Assembly (NCBI GenBank): GCA_963745075.1
Contig: CAVUWV010000018.1
Coordinates: 64,001 to 128,000, forward strand
DNA from: Candidatus Hydrogenedentota bacterium
GTDB taxonomy: Bacteria > Hydrogenedentota > Hydrogenedentia > Hydrogenedentales > SLHB01
Direction: 5' to 3'
DNA: 64,000 bases
This document shows positions 1 through 9,130 of the stretch, in pieces (positions within the stretch are counted from its first letter, which is position 1; every line of letters starts with the position of its first letter). The position numbers were made by a program, and so were the translations under genes. Under the pieces are notes generated by a model. The model worked only from the letters and a program-made list of their open reading frames with translations. It searched no databases and had not been told where the DNA came from.

Positions 1-1
1 T

Positions 2-322
2 GCGGACGTGGCCGGGGGGCATTTGGAGGCTGTGACCGCGAACGGAAACATAATTGCACGGCTCTTGAGTCCCTCGGTTGCGGGGGCGGCGCTGTCCACG
101 CAAAATGGCGGAGTGACGCTTACGATGGAGGATGATTGTTCCGCGTCGATCGTGGCGAGGACCGAACGAGGCAGCGTGCGGACGGAATTGCCGGTGGACA
201 CGACAGCGGGAACGCAGCAGCGCAAGGTATTAGAGGGCACTGTCGGGGCGGGCGCGAGTCGCGCCAGAATTACCATGGACACCCTGAACGGGAACATCTC
301 GATTGCGAGGAGCAGTTCATGA
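2..322 (+). CDS. DUF4097-like beta-strand repeat protein, 5'-truncated by window edge
   Basis: Repeating T-x-NG-x-I/V motifs (TANGNI, TQNGGV, TERGSV, TLNGNISI) typical of DUF4097/adhesin-like proteins; stop overlaps next start (ATGA). Confidence 0.6.
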   Translation, partial: ADVAGGHLEAVTANGNIIARLLSPSVAGAALSTQNGGVTLTMEDDCSASIVARTERGSVRTELPVDTTAGTQQRKVLEGTVGAGASRARITMDTLNGNISIARSSS

Positions 323-918
323 CAGGGCCGAACGTGGCCGTATGGCCGAACACGGGAAAGGTCAAGATGGTCGATGACTCCGATTTGTCCCTGGTAAACC
401 GGACCAAAGCGGGCGACATCGAAGCATTTTCCGAACTTGCGCGGCGCCACGAGCGTGTGGTGTACAACTTGGCATACCGTTTTATGCGGGACGCCGTGCT
501 GGCGGAGGATATGGCGCAAGAGGCTTTTCTCAAGGCTTATCGGTTGCTGAACGGGTTCCGGGGCGATTGCAGTTTTTCGACGTGGCTGTACCGGGTAACG
601 TCGAGCGTGTGTCTCACGGAGTTGAACCGGCGAAAACGCCGGGGCGAGGTCGCGCTGACCCCCTCGCATACCAGCGAGGCCGCGACGGATCCGGAGGAAG
701 CGACGGACACGCCGGAGCTGATCCGGCGGTGTGTGATGCAGTTGCCGGACCGGTACGCGACGATTGTGACGATGTACTATCTCGACGAAATCTCCTATGA
801 AGAAATCGCCGAGACTTTGAATATCCCCATGGGAACGCTGAAGACGTGGATGCACCGTGCGCGACACCAATTGCGGAAGATCGTGGAGAAGGAGATCAAG
901 TCGAATGGAGTTCAATGA
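319..918 (+). CDS. ECF RNA polymerase sigma-70 factor (SigW/RpoE-like)
   Basis: Region 2 (AEDMAQEAFLKAY...FSTWLYRV) and region 4 (SYEEIAETLNIPMGTLKTWMHRAR); start 319 or 367. Confidence 0.92.
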   Translation: MTGPNVAVWPNTGKVKMVDDSDLSLVNRTKAGDIEAFSELARRHERVVYNLAYRFMRDAVLAEDMAQEAFLKAYRLLNGFRGDCSFSTWLYRVTSSVCLTELNRRKRRGEVALTPSHTSEAATDPEEATDTPELIRRCVMQLPDRYATIVTMYYLDEISYEEIAETLNIPMGTLKTWMHRARHQLRKIVEKEIKSNGVQ

Positions 919-1318
919 CATGGATGGGTTGGACGATATAATTGAAGCGGCGCTGCGCGACGAATCGTTGCGGGAGGTGCCATCCGGCTTTCATCAGCGC
1001 ATGGCCGGTCGGCTCCGCGTAACGGCGCTGGCGAAATCGGAGCGTCAGGGATTTCATTTCCGGATGGCGGCGACGGCGATGGTGTTTGCGGTGCTGGGCG
1101 TCGTGTTGATCGGCGTGCCCGTGTTGGCGTTTTATCAGGGGTGGATGGTCCACAGCGTTCCGGGGGCGATGGGATATTTTGACTATCTCGTGGTGTTCGC
1201 GGTCCAGTATTGGGGCGAAATCGCGGTGATTCTGGGTGGTGCGACGGGCGTTGCCGCGGTGGCCGCAGCGACGACCTTGGCGCTACCGCGTTTGCGTCGG
1301 CGCGCCCAACAGCACTGA
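905..1318 (+). CDS. putative membrane anti-sigma factor
   Basis: Overlaps the sigma gene stop; soluble N-terminus (VPSGFHQRM) followed by 2-3 hydrophobic segments. Confidence 0.6.
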   Translation: MEFNDMDGLDDIIEAALRDESLREVPSGFHQRMAGRLRVTALAKSERQGFHFRMAATAMVFAVLGVVLIGVPVLAFYQGWMVHSVPGAMGYFDYLVVFAVQYWGEIAVILGGATGVAAVAAATTLALPRLRRRAQQH

Positions 1319-1339
1319 ATTTGATACTTGCTTTTTTAT

Positions 1340-1379
1340 GGCCGCAATCCGGCGGGCTCCGGTTTGCGGCCTTCTTGTT
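1340..1379 (+). terminator. rho-independent terminator after sigma/anti-sigma operon
   Basis: GGCCGCAA-t-CCGG...CCGG-t-TTGCGGCC hairpin followed by TTCTTGTT. Confidence 0.55.
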
Positions 1380-1499
1380 GGAGACGGATGCGCAAGCCGC
1401 TACTCCCGGCCCGGCCCCGCCAACTTAAGTGCGTGCCTGGATGAGTCTTACGGTTGGCCACAGGAACCGCCGCAGAGGCTTCCCTTCCCACCGATCATC

Positions 1500-1508
1500 T
1501 GCTATAAT
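1500..1508 (+). promoter_or_regulatory. extended -10 promoter element
   Basis: TGCTATAAT about 65 nt upstream of the 1572 start. Confidence 0.5.
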
Positions 1509-1571
1509 CCGGCGCCTCGATCAGATATCGCGATTGTTTTTTGGAGTTGTTTCAGGAAAGGAATTGGCGCA

Positions 1572-2039
1572 ATGCCGGGGAAATACAGTTGTCCGAAATG
1601 TGGCAGAAGGTTTACGGAATGGGGCGCCGAAAGGTACGGCTTCAAGTGTCCCGGCGATGAGTGGTGCCCGAAAGATCGACCGGAAGAGATCGCACTTGTG
1701 CGCGTCGGTATGCAGGACGATGCCAAACCCGCCAAGAAGCCAACGCTGAAGCGGCCCACGAAGCGTGTAGTGGTCACTCCCTCATCCATGAACGAAGACG
1801 AGATCCTCGTGCCGGACATTGAAGCGATCGAAGCGGACACGGACACGGATGATGACGAAATTGAAGAAGTCGAAGACGATGAAGAAGAAGTTGTTGTGAG
1901 CGGAGCCAAGGTTTCCACCAAAGCGACTGACGATGATTCCGTTTCCGAGGAAAACGACGATGTTGACGATGAAGACTTGGAAGTGGACGAAGGATTGGAA
2001 GACGCCGAAGACATTCCAGAGGAAGAATGGAAGGCATAA
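1572..2039 (+). CDS. Zn-ribbon protein with long acidic tail (FYDLN_acid-like architecture)
   Basis: RBS AGGAAAGGA; CPKC...CPGDEWC N-terminus; C-terminal half extremely D/E-rich. Confidence 0.7.
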   Translation: MPGKYSCPKCGRRFTEWGAERYGFKCPGDEWCPKDRPEEIALVRVGMQDDAKPAKKPTLKRPTKRVVVTPSSMNEDEILVPDIEAIEADTDTDDDEIEEVEDDEEEVVVSGAKVSTKATDDDSVSEENDDVDDEDLEVDEGLEDAEDIPEEEWKA

Positions 2040-2050
2040 CCGAAGATCGA

Positions 2051-2123
2051 GGGGCGTACACCCAGGGTTCCGCTCGTACTTCGCTCCACCTTGGGCTACC
2101 ATCGGGCCGCCCCGTCCGGGGCT
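2051..2123. repeat. REP-like palindromic element
   Basis: CCCAGGGT...ACCTTGGG stem plus GCCCC-GTCC-GGGGC hairpin between convergent genes. Confidence 0.5.
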
Positions 2124-2309
2124 GATATGACGGCCATCTCCGCTTTCACCTGTGCAAATCGGCGTCATCTGCGTGCACGTTCTCAGTTTGATTGCGGCGA
2201 TGCTGCGCTGTGCAAATTTGTGTAATCTATGGACCCTCCTTGAATCGCTTTCAATTGCAGAACCTGGGGACGCATTCTTGCTCGTTGGTTGCGGGCGCGC
2301 CGCGCAGGG

Positions 2310-2828
2310 CTATGCGTCCGTCTGTTGAATCGCGGCGGGCTGCGGCGATTGCACGGTCTGGTAGGTTTCAACCTGGGGCTGCATGACGGGCAGGCTTCGC
2401 AAGACGCCGGAAATCCCGATGATCGCAACCGCCAACCCGGCGAGGATAGCCATCCACAGTTTGGCGTTTTTTCGAAGGGGTTCCGCCCATCCGCGTGTGG
2501 AGGTAAGGCCCAGGGCCAGTCCGAAGACAATGATAGCAAGAAGGAATTTGACGCCAAAGAGCATGTGATAAAGCGGCTGGTTCACATGGAGATGGCGCGT
2601 GATGACGAGATAGTTGTAGAGACCGCTCACGAGAAAGAGCAGGATGCAGGTATGCACCACGTGTTGCCATCGCTTCATAATCGCCGCACGCAGTTTCTGA
2701 TGGGTTTCGTCGTCCAGGACGGACGCGGCCGACGGCATCAGCACGAATCGTATAAAGAAGATTCCGCCGACTGCCGTAACGGCGGCGAGGATATGGGTCC
2801 ACCGCATCACCAAGGCCAATAGCGACAT
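2310..2828 (-). CDS. 4-TM membrane protein (CopD/DUF4149-like fold)
   Basis: MRWTHILAAVTAVGGIFF...LLFLVSGLYN...GVKFLLA pattern with four hydrophobic segments. Confidence 0.7.
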   Translation of the reverse strand: MSLLALVMRWTHILAAVTAVGGIFFIRFVLMPSAASVLDDETHQKLRAAIMKRWQHVVHTCILLFLVSGLYNYLVITRHLHVNQPLYHMLFGVKFLLAIIVFGLALGLTSTRGWAEPLRKNAKLWMAILAGLAVAIIGISGVLRSLPVMQPQVETYQTVQSPQPAAIQQTDA

Positions 2829-3025
2829 TCCAGAACTCCCTTCCCGCAAATGGGCGCAGTGCATGTCTCAACCGATTGGGAACCACGCTAGCGAAATCGT
2901 GCCGGTCATTGCAAGGACAAGTAACTTAGAGCGTGTTTCAAAAGTGGTCATCACGCGATTTATAGACGTGCGGCGGATGTGGCGCAGGCGTCCACGCCAT
3001 CGCGGTCCCGGTTAACGGGATCCTG

Positions 3026-3082
3026 CACAAGTATGAATGTCACAAGTATGAATTGACACCATGCGGCGGGCGGTGCTACGAT
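3026..3082 (+). promoter_or_regulatory. hpf promoter with tandem 13-bp direct repeats
   Basis: CACAAGTATGAAT at 3026-3038 and 3041-3053; TTGACA 3053-3058, N18, (TGc)TACGAT 3077-3082. Confidence 0.6.
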
Positions 3083-3131
3083 CTTGAATTGCCCTACAAG
3101 GTCTTGGTAAGTAGCGGAGGTACAGGAAATT

Positions 3132-3698
3132 ATGCGCGTTTCGATAGCAGGCCGACACTTGGAAATGACGGATGCGTTGAAGTCTCACGTGGAAGAACGT
3201 CTCGATAAGGTTCGGGCTCATTTCGATAAGGTCATCGATGTGGACGTGGTCCTCACGGTCGAGAAGCACCGACACATTGCGGAAGTCACGGTTCACGCGA
3301 ACGGCGTCCGGATTCACGGCAAGGAGTCGTCGGGCGACATGTATGCGTCGGTGGATATGGTGATCGAGAAGATCGATCGGCAGATCCTGAAGTTCAAGGA
3401 TCGGAATCATCGGTTCCAGCCGCGCAAAGGCAAGGTCGCGGTGTTGCCGGCGAATGAGATCAGCGCCGCGGTGGAAGCGGAGCGGGAAGAAGTCGCCGTG
3501 GCGACGGAGCCTGCGGGTCCGCGAGCGGTGGTGCGGGAACCGTTGTCCATGAAACCGATGAACGTGGACGAGGCGATTCTCCAGTTGGAGATCAGCAACG
3601 ATTCGTTTCTGGTGTTCTCGAACTCGGACACGCAGCAGGTGAACGTGCTGTACGTCAAAGATGACGGAACGTTCGGTTTGATCGAGCCGGAGTTTTAG
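3132..3698 (+). CDS. hpf: ribosome hibernation promoting factor, long form
   Basis: GRHLEMTDALKSHVEERL...DMYASVD; C-terminal MKPMNVDEAILQL...FLVFSN...NVLY...GLIEP domain. Confidence 0.95.
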   Translation: MRVSIAGRHLEMTDALKSHVEERLDKVRAHFDKVIDVDVVLTVEKHRHIAEVTVHANGVRIHGKESSGDMYASVDMVIEKIDRQILKFKDRNHRFQPRKGKVAVLPANEISAAVEAEREEVAVATEPAGPRAVVREPLSMKPMNVDEAILQLEISNDSFLVFSNSDTQQVNVLYVKDDGTFGLIEPEF

Positions 3699-3826
3699 CG
3701 CAGTCCGCGGAGACCTTCCCCTGATTCGAGCGACCCGATGCGACGTTCGGCAAAACGGGACGGTTGGTCTTGGCGGCGAGATTACGAGTACGATTACGAG
3801 GTCGAAGAGTTTTAGGCGGGGGTTCG

Positions 3827-4795
3827 ATGGATACGCTCAACCTTCCGGTTAACCGCAAGAGCAGCATTGCCGTGGCGCGTTTGCTGGATGCCATGGCGGG
3901 CGACCTGGAGCTGGAGGTGCTCTGCGGGTTCCAGGGGATCGGACGGTCCGTGTTTACGTCGGATATCAACCGGCCGGGCTTGGCTTTGGGCGGATATCTG
4001 GAGTATTTCGCGAGCGATCGGATTCAGATTCTCGGGAACACCGAAATTCACTACATGGAGCAGTTGTCGACGGCAGAATTGCAGCACCGCCTGGAGAACA
4101 TGTTCTCCTTTGAAGTCCCCGCGTTTTTGCTCTCGCGCAATCTGCACCCCAGCAACATCTTCATGGACATGTGCAACCGGCGGGGCATTCCGGTATTGCG
4201 AAGCAAGCGAACGACCGATGAAGTAATCAGCCGCATCATTCTCTTTCTGGCGGAGGAGTTTTCCCCGGAAACGATCGTGCATGGGTCGGCGGTGGATTGT
4301 TACGGGGTAGGCTGCCTCATCGTCGGTGCGCCCGGGATTGGTAAGAGTGAAACGGCGCTGGAATTGGTCGAACGTGGACACCGTATCGTCGCGGACGATG
4401 TGGTCGCGTTGAAACGGCGCCGCGAGGATTCGTTGTACGCGGAATCGTCTCCGGTGATCGAACACCACATGGAGATTCGCGGGATCGGTATTATCGATAT
4501 CAAGAGCGTGTACGGCGTGGGGCGGGTCCGCAATTCGAAGCGTATCGGGCTGGTGGTTGAGCTGGAGGAATGGAGCCAGGAATCGGAATACGACCGGACC
4601 GGCCTTACGGAAGAATTCGTGACGGTGCTGGGGGTGCGGATCCCCTACCTGCTCATTCCGGTACGGCCCGGGCGCAATATCGCGATCATTCTGGAGGTCG
4701 CGGCGCTGAATCATCGCCTGAAAGAGCTTGGCGTGCACCCCGCGCAGAAACTCAACGAACGGCTGATGAGCCTCATGAGCAGTGGAGATGGCTGA
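3827..4795 (+). CDS. hprK: HPr kinase/phosphorylase
   Basis: INRPGLALGGY, GAPGIGKSETALELVERGHRIVADD, MEIRGIGII, PVRPGRN motifs. Confidence 0.96.
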   Translation: MDTLNLPVNRKSSIAVARLLDAMAGDLELEVLCGFQGIGRSVFTSDINRPGLALGGYLEYFASDRIQILGNTEIHYMEQLSTAELQHRLENMFSFEVPAFLLSRNLHPSNIFMDMCNRRGIPVLRSKRTTDEVISRIILFLAEEFSPETIVHGSAVDCYGVGCLIVGAPGIGKSETALELVERGHRIVADDVVALKRRREDSLYAESSPVIEHHMEIRGIGIIDIKSVYGVGRVRNSKRIGLVVELEEWSQESEYDRTGLTEEFVTVLGVRIPYLLIPVRPGRNIAIILEVAALNHRLKELGVHPAQKLNERLMSLMSSGDG

Positions 4796-5672
4796 GCGGT
4801 CCCGTTTCGTGGTCGTTACTGGATTGTCGGGAGCGGGAAAGAGCCAGGTGCTTCGCGTGCTTGAAGACCTGAACTATTATTGCATCGACAATCTCCCGCC
4901 TTCCCTGGTTCCCACGATTGCGGAACTGGGCGCACGCAGCGTGAAACCTCGCGCCCGGATCGCGGTTTGCGTGGATGTGCGCGCAGGCGAGGACTTGCGA
5001 AATCTTCCCGGGTATCTCGACGAGGTGGCGGAAATGGGAATCCGGCCGGAAGTTCTTTTTCTGGACAGCACGGACCAGGTCCTTCTGACGCGATACAGCG
5101 AAACTCGACGTCGGCACCCGGCGGCGTCGCGGGGCAGCGTGGAAGAAGGCATCGCGCGGGAACGGGAACTCCTCTCCCCCATTCGCGGCCGGGCGGACTT
5201 GCTGCTTGACACGAGCACGTTGTCGGTCGTGCAATTGCGCGAACGCGTGGCGGGCGTTTTTCAGGCCGACCAGAAAGCGCAGAAGATGTCGGTCAGCGTC
5301 CTGTCGTTCGGGTTCAAATACGGTGTTCCCCCGGAAGCGGACTTGGTGTTCGACGTGCGTTTTCTGCCCAACCCTCATTACGAAGCCGACTTGCGACCGT
5401 TCAGCGGTGAGGAGCCGCAGGTCAGCGCGTACGTGCTGGATAACCCTGAGGCGACGGAGTTTTTGGAGCGGTTGAAGGGGCTCTTGAAGTTTCTCATTCC
5501 CCGGTATCAGGCCGAGCCGAAAGCGTACCTGACGATCGCGGTCGGATGCACGGGAGGACGCCATCGATCGGTGGCCGTGGCCCGTGAACTGATCGGTTTC
5601 ATCCGCGACATGGGATGCCCGGCGCGGTTGCGTCATCGGGACATTGCGCGGTCGCCGGATGGCGCACCGTAA
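4788..5672 (+). CDS. rapZ: RNase adapter RapZ / YvcJ family P-loop protein
   Basis: VTGLSGAGKS, CIDNLP, SFGFKYGVP, DVRFLPNP, GCTGGRHRSV. Confidence 0.96.
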   Translation: MAERSRFVVVTGLSGAGKSQVLRVLEDLNYYCIDNLPPSLVPTIAELGARSVKPRARIAVCVDVRAGEDLRNLPGYLDEVAEMGIRPEVLFLDSTDQVLLTRYSETRRRHPAASRGSVEEGIARERELLSPIRGRADLLLDTSTLSVVQLRERVAGVFQADQKAQKMSVSVLSFGFKYGVPPEADLVFDVRFLPNPHYEADLRPFSGEEPQVSAYVLDNPEATEFLERLKGLLKFLIPRYQAEPKAYLTIAVGCTGGRHRSVAVARELIGFIRDMGCPARLRHRDIARSPDGAP

Positions 5673-5732
5673 GCGGTTGTAGCGGCACACCTTCGCGGAG
5701 CCGTGCATCCATTTTAGTTCCTCGCCACCCTT

Positions 5733-5761
5733 TTGATTTCCCGCCGCCCCTAACGTATACT
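5733..5761 (+). promoter_or_regulatory. internal sigma70-type promoter for ptsH-ptsI
   Basis: TTGATT-N17-TATACT. Confidence 0.5.
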
Positions 5762-5919
5762 TATGAGCCGCGCACTGCGGACCCTTGTGGGCCAAAATGC
5801 GCAACCTATGTGATGCGACGGTTCCCGCGCCGTTGCCTCTTTCGTTGAACCAAACGTACCGCTCGCTTCATCCGGCAGGCGCGCGCTATTAACTCAACTG
5901 GATAGTAATTGAGCCAACT

Positions 5920-6192
5920 ATGCCCGACTTGACGGAAGAAATGCGGATTACGAATGCTCTTGGTCTGCACGCGCGACCCGCTGCGACCCTGGTGCAGACC
6001 GTTCTCAAGTTCCAAAGCGAGGTCCATGTTGTGATGAACGGACACCGCGTGAATGCGAAGAGTATTATGGGGCTGTTGACCCTGGCCGCGGCACAGGGGA
6101 CCGTACTCACGGTTACGTGCAGCGGTCCCGATGCCGAAAATGCCATGCAGGCGGTGCGCGAGTTGGTCGAAAATGGATTCGGAGAGGCTTAG
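5920..6192 (+). CDS. ptsH: phosphocarrier protein HPr
   Basis: GLHARPA (His15) and NAKSIMG (Ser46) motifs. Confidence 0.96.
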   Translation: MPDLTEEMRITNALGLHARPAATLVQTVLKFQSEVHVVMNGHRVNAKSIMGLLTLAAAQGTVLTVTCSGPDAENAMQAVRELVENGFGEA

Positions 6193-6196
6193 TTTA

Positions 6197-7975
6197 GTGG
6201 AAGTCACGATCCGCGGCATAGGCGTATCCCCCGGCATCGCCATTGGACCGGCACTGACCTTCGGCGTCCAGGCCTTCGATATCCCCAAGTACGAAGTGTC
6301 CGACGTGGAGAAGGAACTTGCCCGGTTTGAGCGGGCCGTAATCGCGGTACGAGGGGAATTGGAGCGGCTCTACGAACGTACGGCGGAGGCGATCGGCGAG
6401 GAACACGCGGACATTTTCAAGGCCCACCTCATGTTTCTCGAAGACGTCACGTTGCGCGAAGAGGTGGAACGGCGGGTCGCATCGGAGAAGCTCAACGCCG
6501 AATTCTTGGTTGGGGAATGGATCGCGCGGTATACGAAGATCATGACCTCCGTGCCCGATGAACGATTCCGGGAACGGACGCAGGACTTGGTGGATGTGGG
6601 CAATCGCATACTGGCCCGCCTTCTGGATGCGAAGCTCGATGGACTGGAACACCTGGACCGGCCGTCGGTGGTGGTCGCGCACGACCTGTCCCCTTCCGAT
6701 GCGGCCAAGCTCGACATGGCCAATACGCTGGGGCTGGCCACGGACGTCAGCGGACCTACCTCGCACACGGCGATATTAGCGCGCGCTTTCGAGATCCCGG
6801 CGGTCGTGGGTCTGAAGTTTGTGGGCTCTCATGCCCTGCCGGGCGATTCGATTATCGTTGACGGGAGCACCGGTGTCGTTGTCATTCGGCCAACCGAAAA
6901 GACCTTGGCACGGTATCAGGGCGAGCAGAAAGCGGAAGAACGCACCCGAAAAGCCCTGCTTGCTGCGGAATTGCGCCCCAGCGTTACTACGGACGGGCAT
7001 GAAGTCCCGACGCAGGCGAATATCGAATTGCCCATCGAGCTTTCCCACAGCTTGAAGTCGAAGGCGCAGGGGATCGGCCTGTACCGTACCGAGTATTTGT
7101 TTCTCAACCGCTCCACTCTTCCCAGCGAGGAAGAGCAATACGAGGCGTACAGCGGAGTCGCGAAGACCATGGCCCCGGCGCCTGTTACCCTGCGGACGCT
7201 GGACTTGGGCGGCGACAAGTTTGTCAGTCACCTGCATCTCGCGCACGAGATCAACCCCCAGCTTGGCTGGCGGGCCATTCGCTTCTGTCTGGAACGGCCG
7301 GACATCTTCAAAGCGCAATTGCGCGCCATGCTTCGCGCGAGCGTTCACGGGAACGTGCAAATCATGTTTCCGCTTATCAGCGGAATCGATGAATTCGAAC
7401 GCGTGCGGCAGATCGTACGCGAAGTGCAGTCCGATCTCGAGAAACGCGGGGTGCCGTTCAAGAAGGATATCCCGGTCGGGAGCATGATCGAGGTCCCATC
7501 GGCGGTCGAGATTGCGGACTTGCTTGCACAACACTGCGACTTTTTCAGCATCGGCACGAACGATCTGATTCAGTACTCCCTCGCGGTCGATCGGGTAAAC
7601 GAAAAGATCGCGCACATGTACGAACCGGCCCACCCGGCGGTTTTGCGCATGATCCGGCGGACGCTCAAAGCGGCGCGGGAAGCGAAGATCCCGTGCGCGG
7701 TGTGCGGGGAGATGGCGGGCGATCCCGTGTTTACGGAACTGCTGGTGGGCCTGGGGGTTTCGTCGCTCAGCATGTCGGCGGTCGCGATTCCTCCGGTACG
7801 GACGGAGATCGCGAGCATACGGTATTCGCAGGCGAAGCGTTTTGCTGCGCGCATCATGAAGATGGGTTCGGTGGCCGAAATCCGTGAGGCCATTCATAAG
7901 CGGTATACCCATCGCCGGGCGATGGACGTGTACATGCGCGATATCCTTGCCAAAACGCAGAAGAAAGTGGACTGA
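6197..7975 (+). CDS. ptsI: PEP-protein phosphotransferase enzyme I
   Basis: GIGVSPGIAIG, TSHTAILARA (phospho-His), GIGLYRTE, DFFSIGTNDLIQY, CGEMAGD. Confidence 0.96.
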   Translation: MEVTIRGIGVSPGIAIGPALTFGVQAFDIPKYEVSDVEKELARFERAVIAVRGELERLYERTAEAIGEEHADIFKAHLMFLEDVTLREEVERRVASEKLNAEFLVGEWIARYTKIMTSVPDERFRERTQDLVDVGNRILARLLDAKLDGLEHLDRPSVVVAHDLSPSDAAKLDMANTLGLATDVSGPTSHTAILARAFEIPAVVGLKFVGSHALPGDSIIVDGSTGVVVIRPTEKTLARYQGEQKAEERTRKALLAAELRPSVTTDGHEVPTQANIELPIELSHSLKSKAQGIGLYRTEYLFLNRSTLPSEEEQYEAYSGVAKTMAPAPVTLRTLDLGGDKFVSHLHLAHEINPQLGWRAIRFCLERPDIFKAQLRAMLRASVHGNVQIMFPLISGIDEFERVRQIVREVQSDLEKRGVPFKKDIPVGSMIEVPSAVEIADLLAQHCDFFSIGTNDLIQYSLAVDRVNEKIAHMYEPAHPAVLRMIRRTLKAAREAKIPCAVCGEMAGDPVFTELLVGLGVSSLSMSAVAIPPVRTEIASIRYSQAKRFAARIMKMGSVAEIREAIHKRYTHRRAMDVYMRDILAKTQKKVD

Positions 7976-9129
7976 TGAGGCGGCGCATCACGATACTGGG
8001 ATCGACCGGATCGATTGGTCGCAGCGCGCTGGACGTTGTCCGCCATTATCCCGACCGTTTCGAGGTGGTGGGACTGGCGGCCCGGTCCAACGCGGAATTG
8101 CTGACGGATCAGATCAATGAATTCCAGCCGGCACACGTGGTCCTCGTTGATGAAGCTGCATTGACGCGCTTGGGTACTGTGCCCACGTCGTGCACGATCG
8201 CGAGCGGGGCTGAGGCGCTGGCAGATCTGGCATCGGTACCCGTCGACATCGTGCTATGCGGGGTCGTGGGCGCCGTCGGGCTGAAACCGATCCTGCGCGG
8301 AATCGAGGCCGGTAATCGCATCGCATTGGCGAATAAAGAGCCGCTGGTCATGGCGGGTCCGCTCATTATGGAACGCGCCCGCGCGCGCGGCGTGGACGTG
8401 TTGCCGGTAGACAGTGAGCACAACGCGATATTCCAGTGTCTTCACGGACATCGCATCGAAGATTTGCGGTGCATACATCTCACGGCCTCGGGCGGACCGT
8501 TCTACGGAAAGGCGCGCGAATCGCTGGCGGGGGTAACGCCGGCGCAGGCGACGCGTCATCCGACCTGGGATATGGGCGCGAAAATCAGCGTGGATTCGGC
8601 GACCCTCATGAATAAGGGGCTGGAAGTCATCGAGGCTATGTGGTTGTTCGGGCTGACGCTGGATCAGGTTGAAGTGGTGATCCATCCGCAGAGTATCGTG
8701 CACAGTCTGGTGGAGTTCACGGACGGGAGCATCTTGGCACACCTCGGCCTTACGGATATGAAGTTTCCGATTCAGTTCGCGTTAACGTGGCCGGATCGTG
8801 TGCCGACGCCCATGGGCCGGTTGGACCTCACCACCATGCGGGAGTTGACCTTTGCCAAGCCCGATTTCTCGGAGTTTCCGTGTCTGGCGCACGCACTTCA
8901 CGCGGCGCGCTTAGGCGGGACCGCACCAGCGATTTTGAACGCCGCGAACGAGACGGCGGTGAGTGCGTTCTGTGGAGGACGGCTCGAGTTTTTGCGCATC
9001 AGCGATGTCGTAGAGGAAGTCTTGGAGGAATCGGACATCGAAGCGGACATCAGTTTGGAATCCGCGATCGCCGCGGATCGTTCCGCACGTACGAGAGCCG
9101 AAGAGGTGATGACGGCGTTGGGAGTTTGA
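7975..9129 (+). CDS. dxr: 1-deoxy-D-xylulose-5-phosphate reductoisomerase
   Basis: ILGSTGSIG, LANKE, LPVDSEHNAIFQ, TASGGPF, HPTWDMGAKISVDSATLMNKGLEVIEA. Confidence 0.97.
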   Translation: MRRRITILGSTGSIGRSALDVVRHYPDRFEVVGLAARSNAELLTDQINEFQPAHVVLVDEAALTRLGTVPTSCTIASGAEALADLASVPVDIVLCGVVGAVGLKPILRGIEAGNRIALANKEPLVMAGPLIMERARARGVDVLPVDSEHNAIFQCLHGHRIEDLRCIHLTASGGPFYGKARESLAGVTPAQATRHPTWDMGAKISVDSATLMNKGLEVIEAMWLFGLTLDQVEVVIHPQSIVHSLVEFTDGSILAHLGLTDMKFPIQFALTWPDRVPTPMGRLDLTTMRELTFAKPDFSEFPCLAHALHAARLGGTAPAILNAANETAVSAFCGGRLEFLRISDVVEEVLEESDIEADISLESAIAADRSARTRAEEVMTALGV

Positions 9130-9130
9130 T

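Noticed and set aside
3780..3800. GATTACGAG direct repeat before hprK
   Set aside because: Only two short copies; common low-complexity intergenic motif
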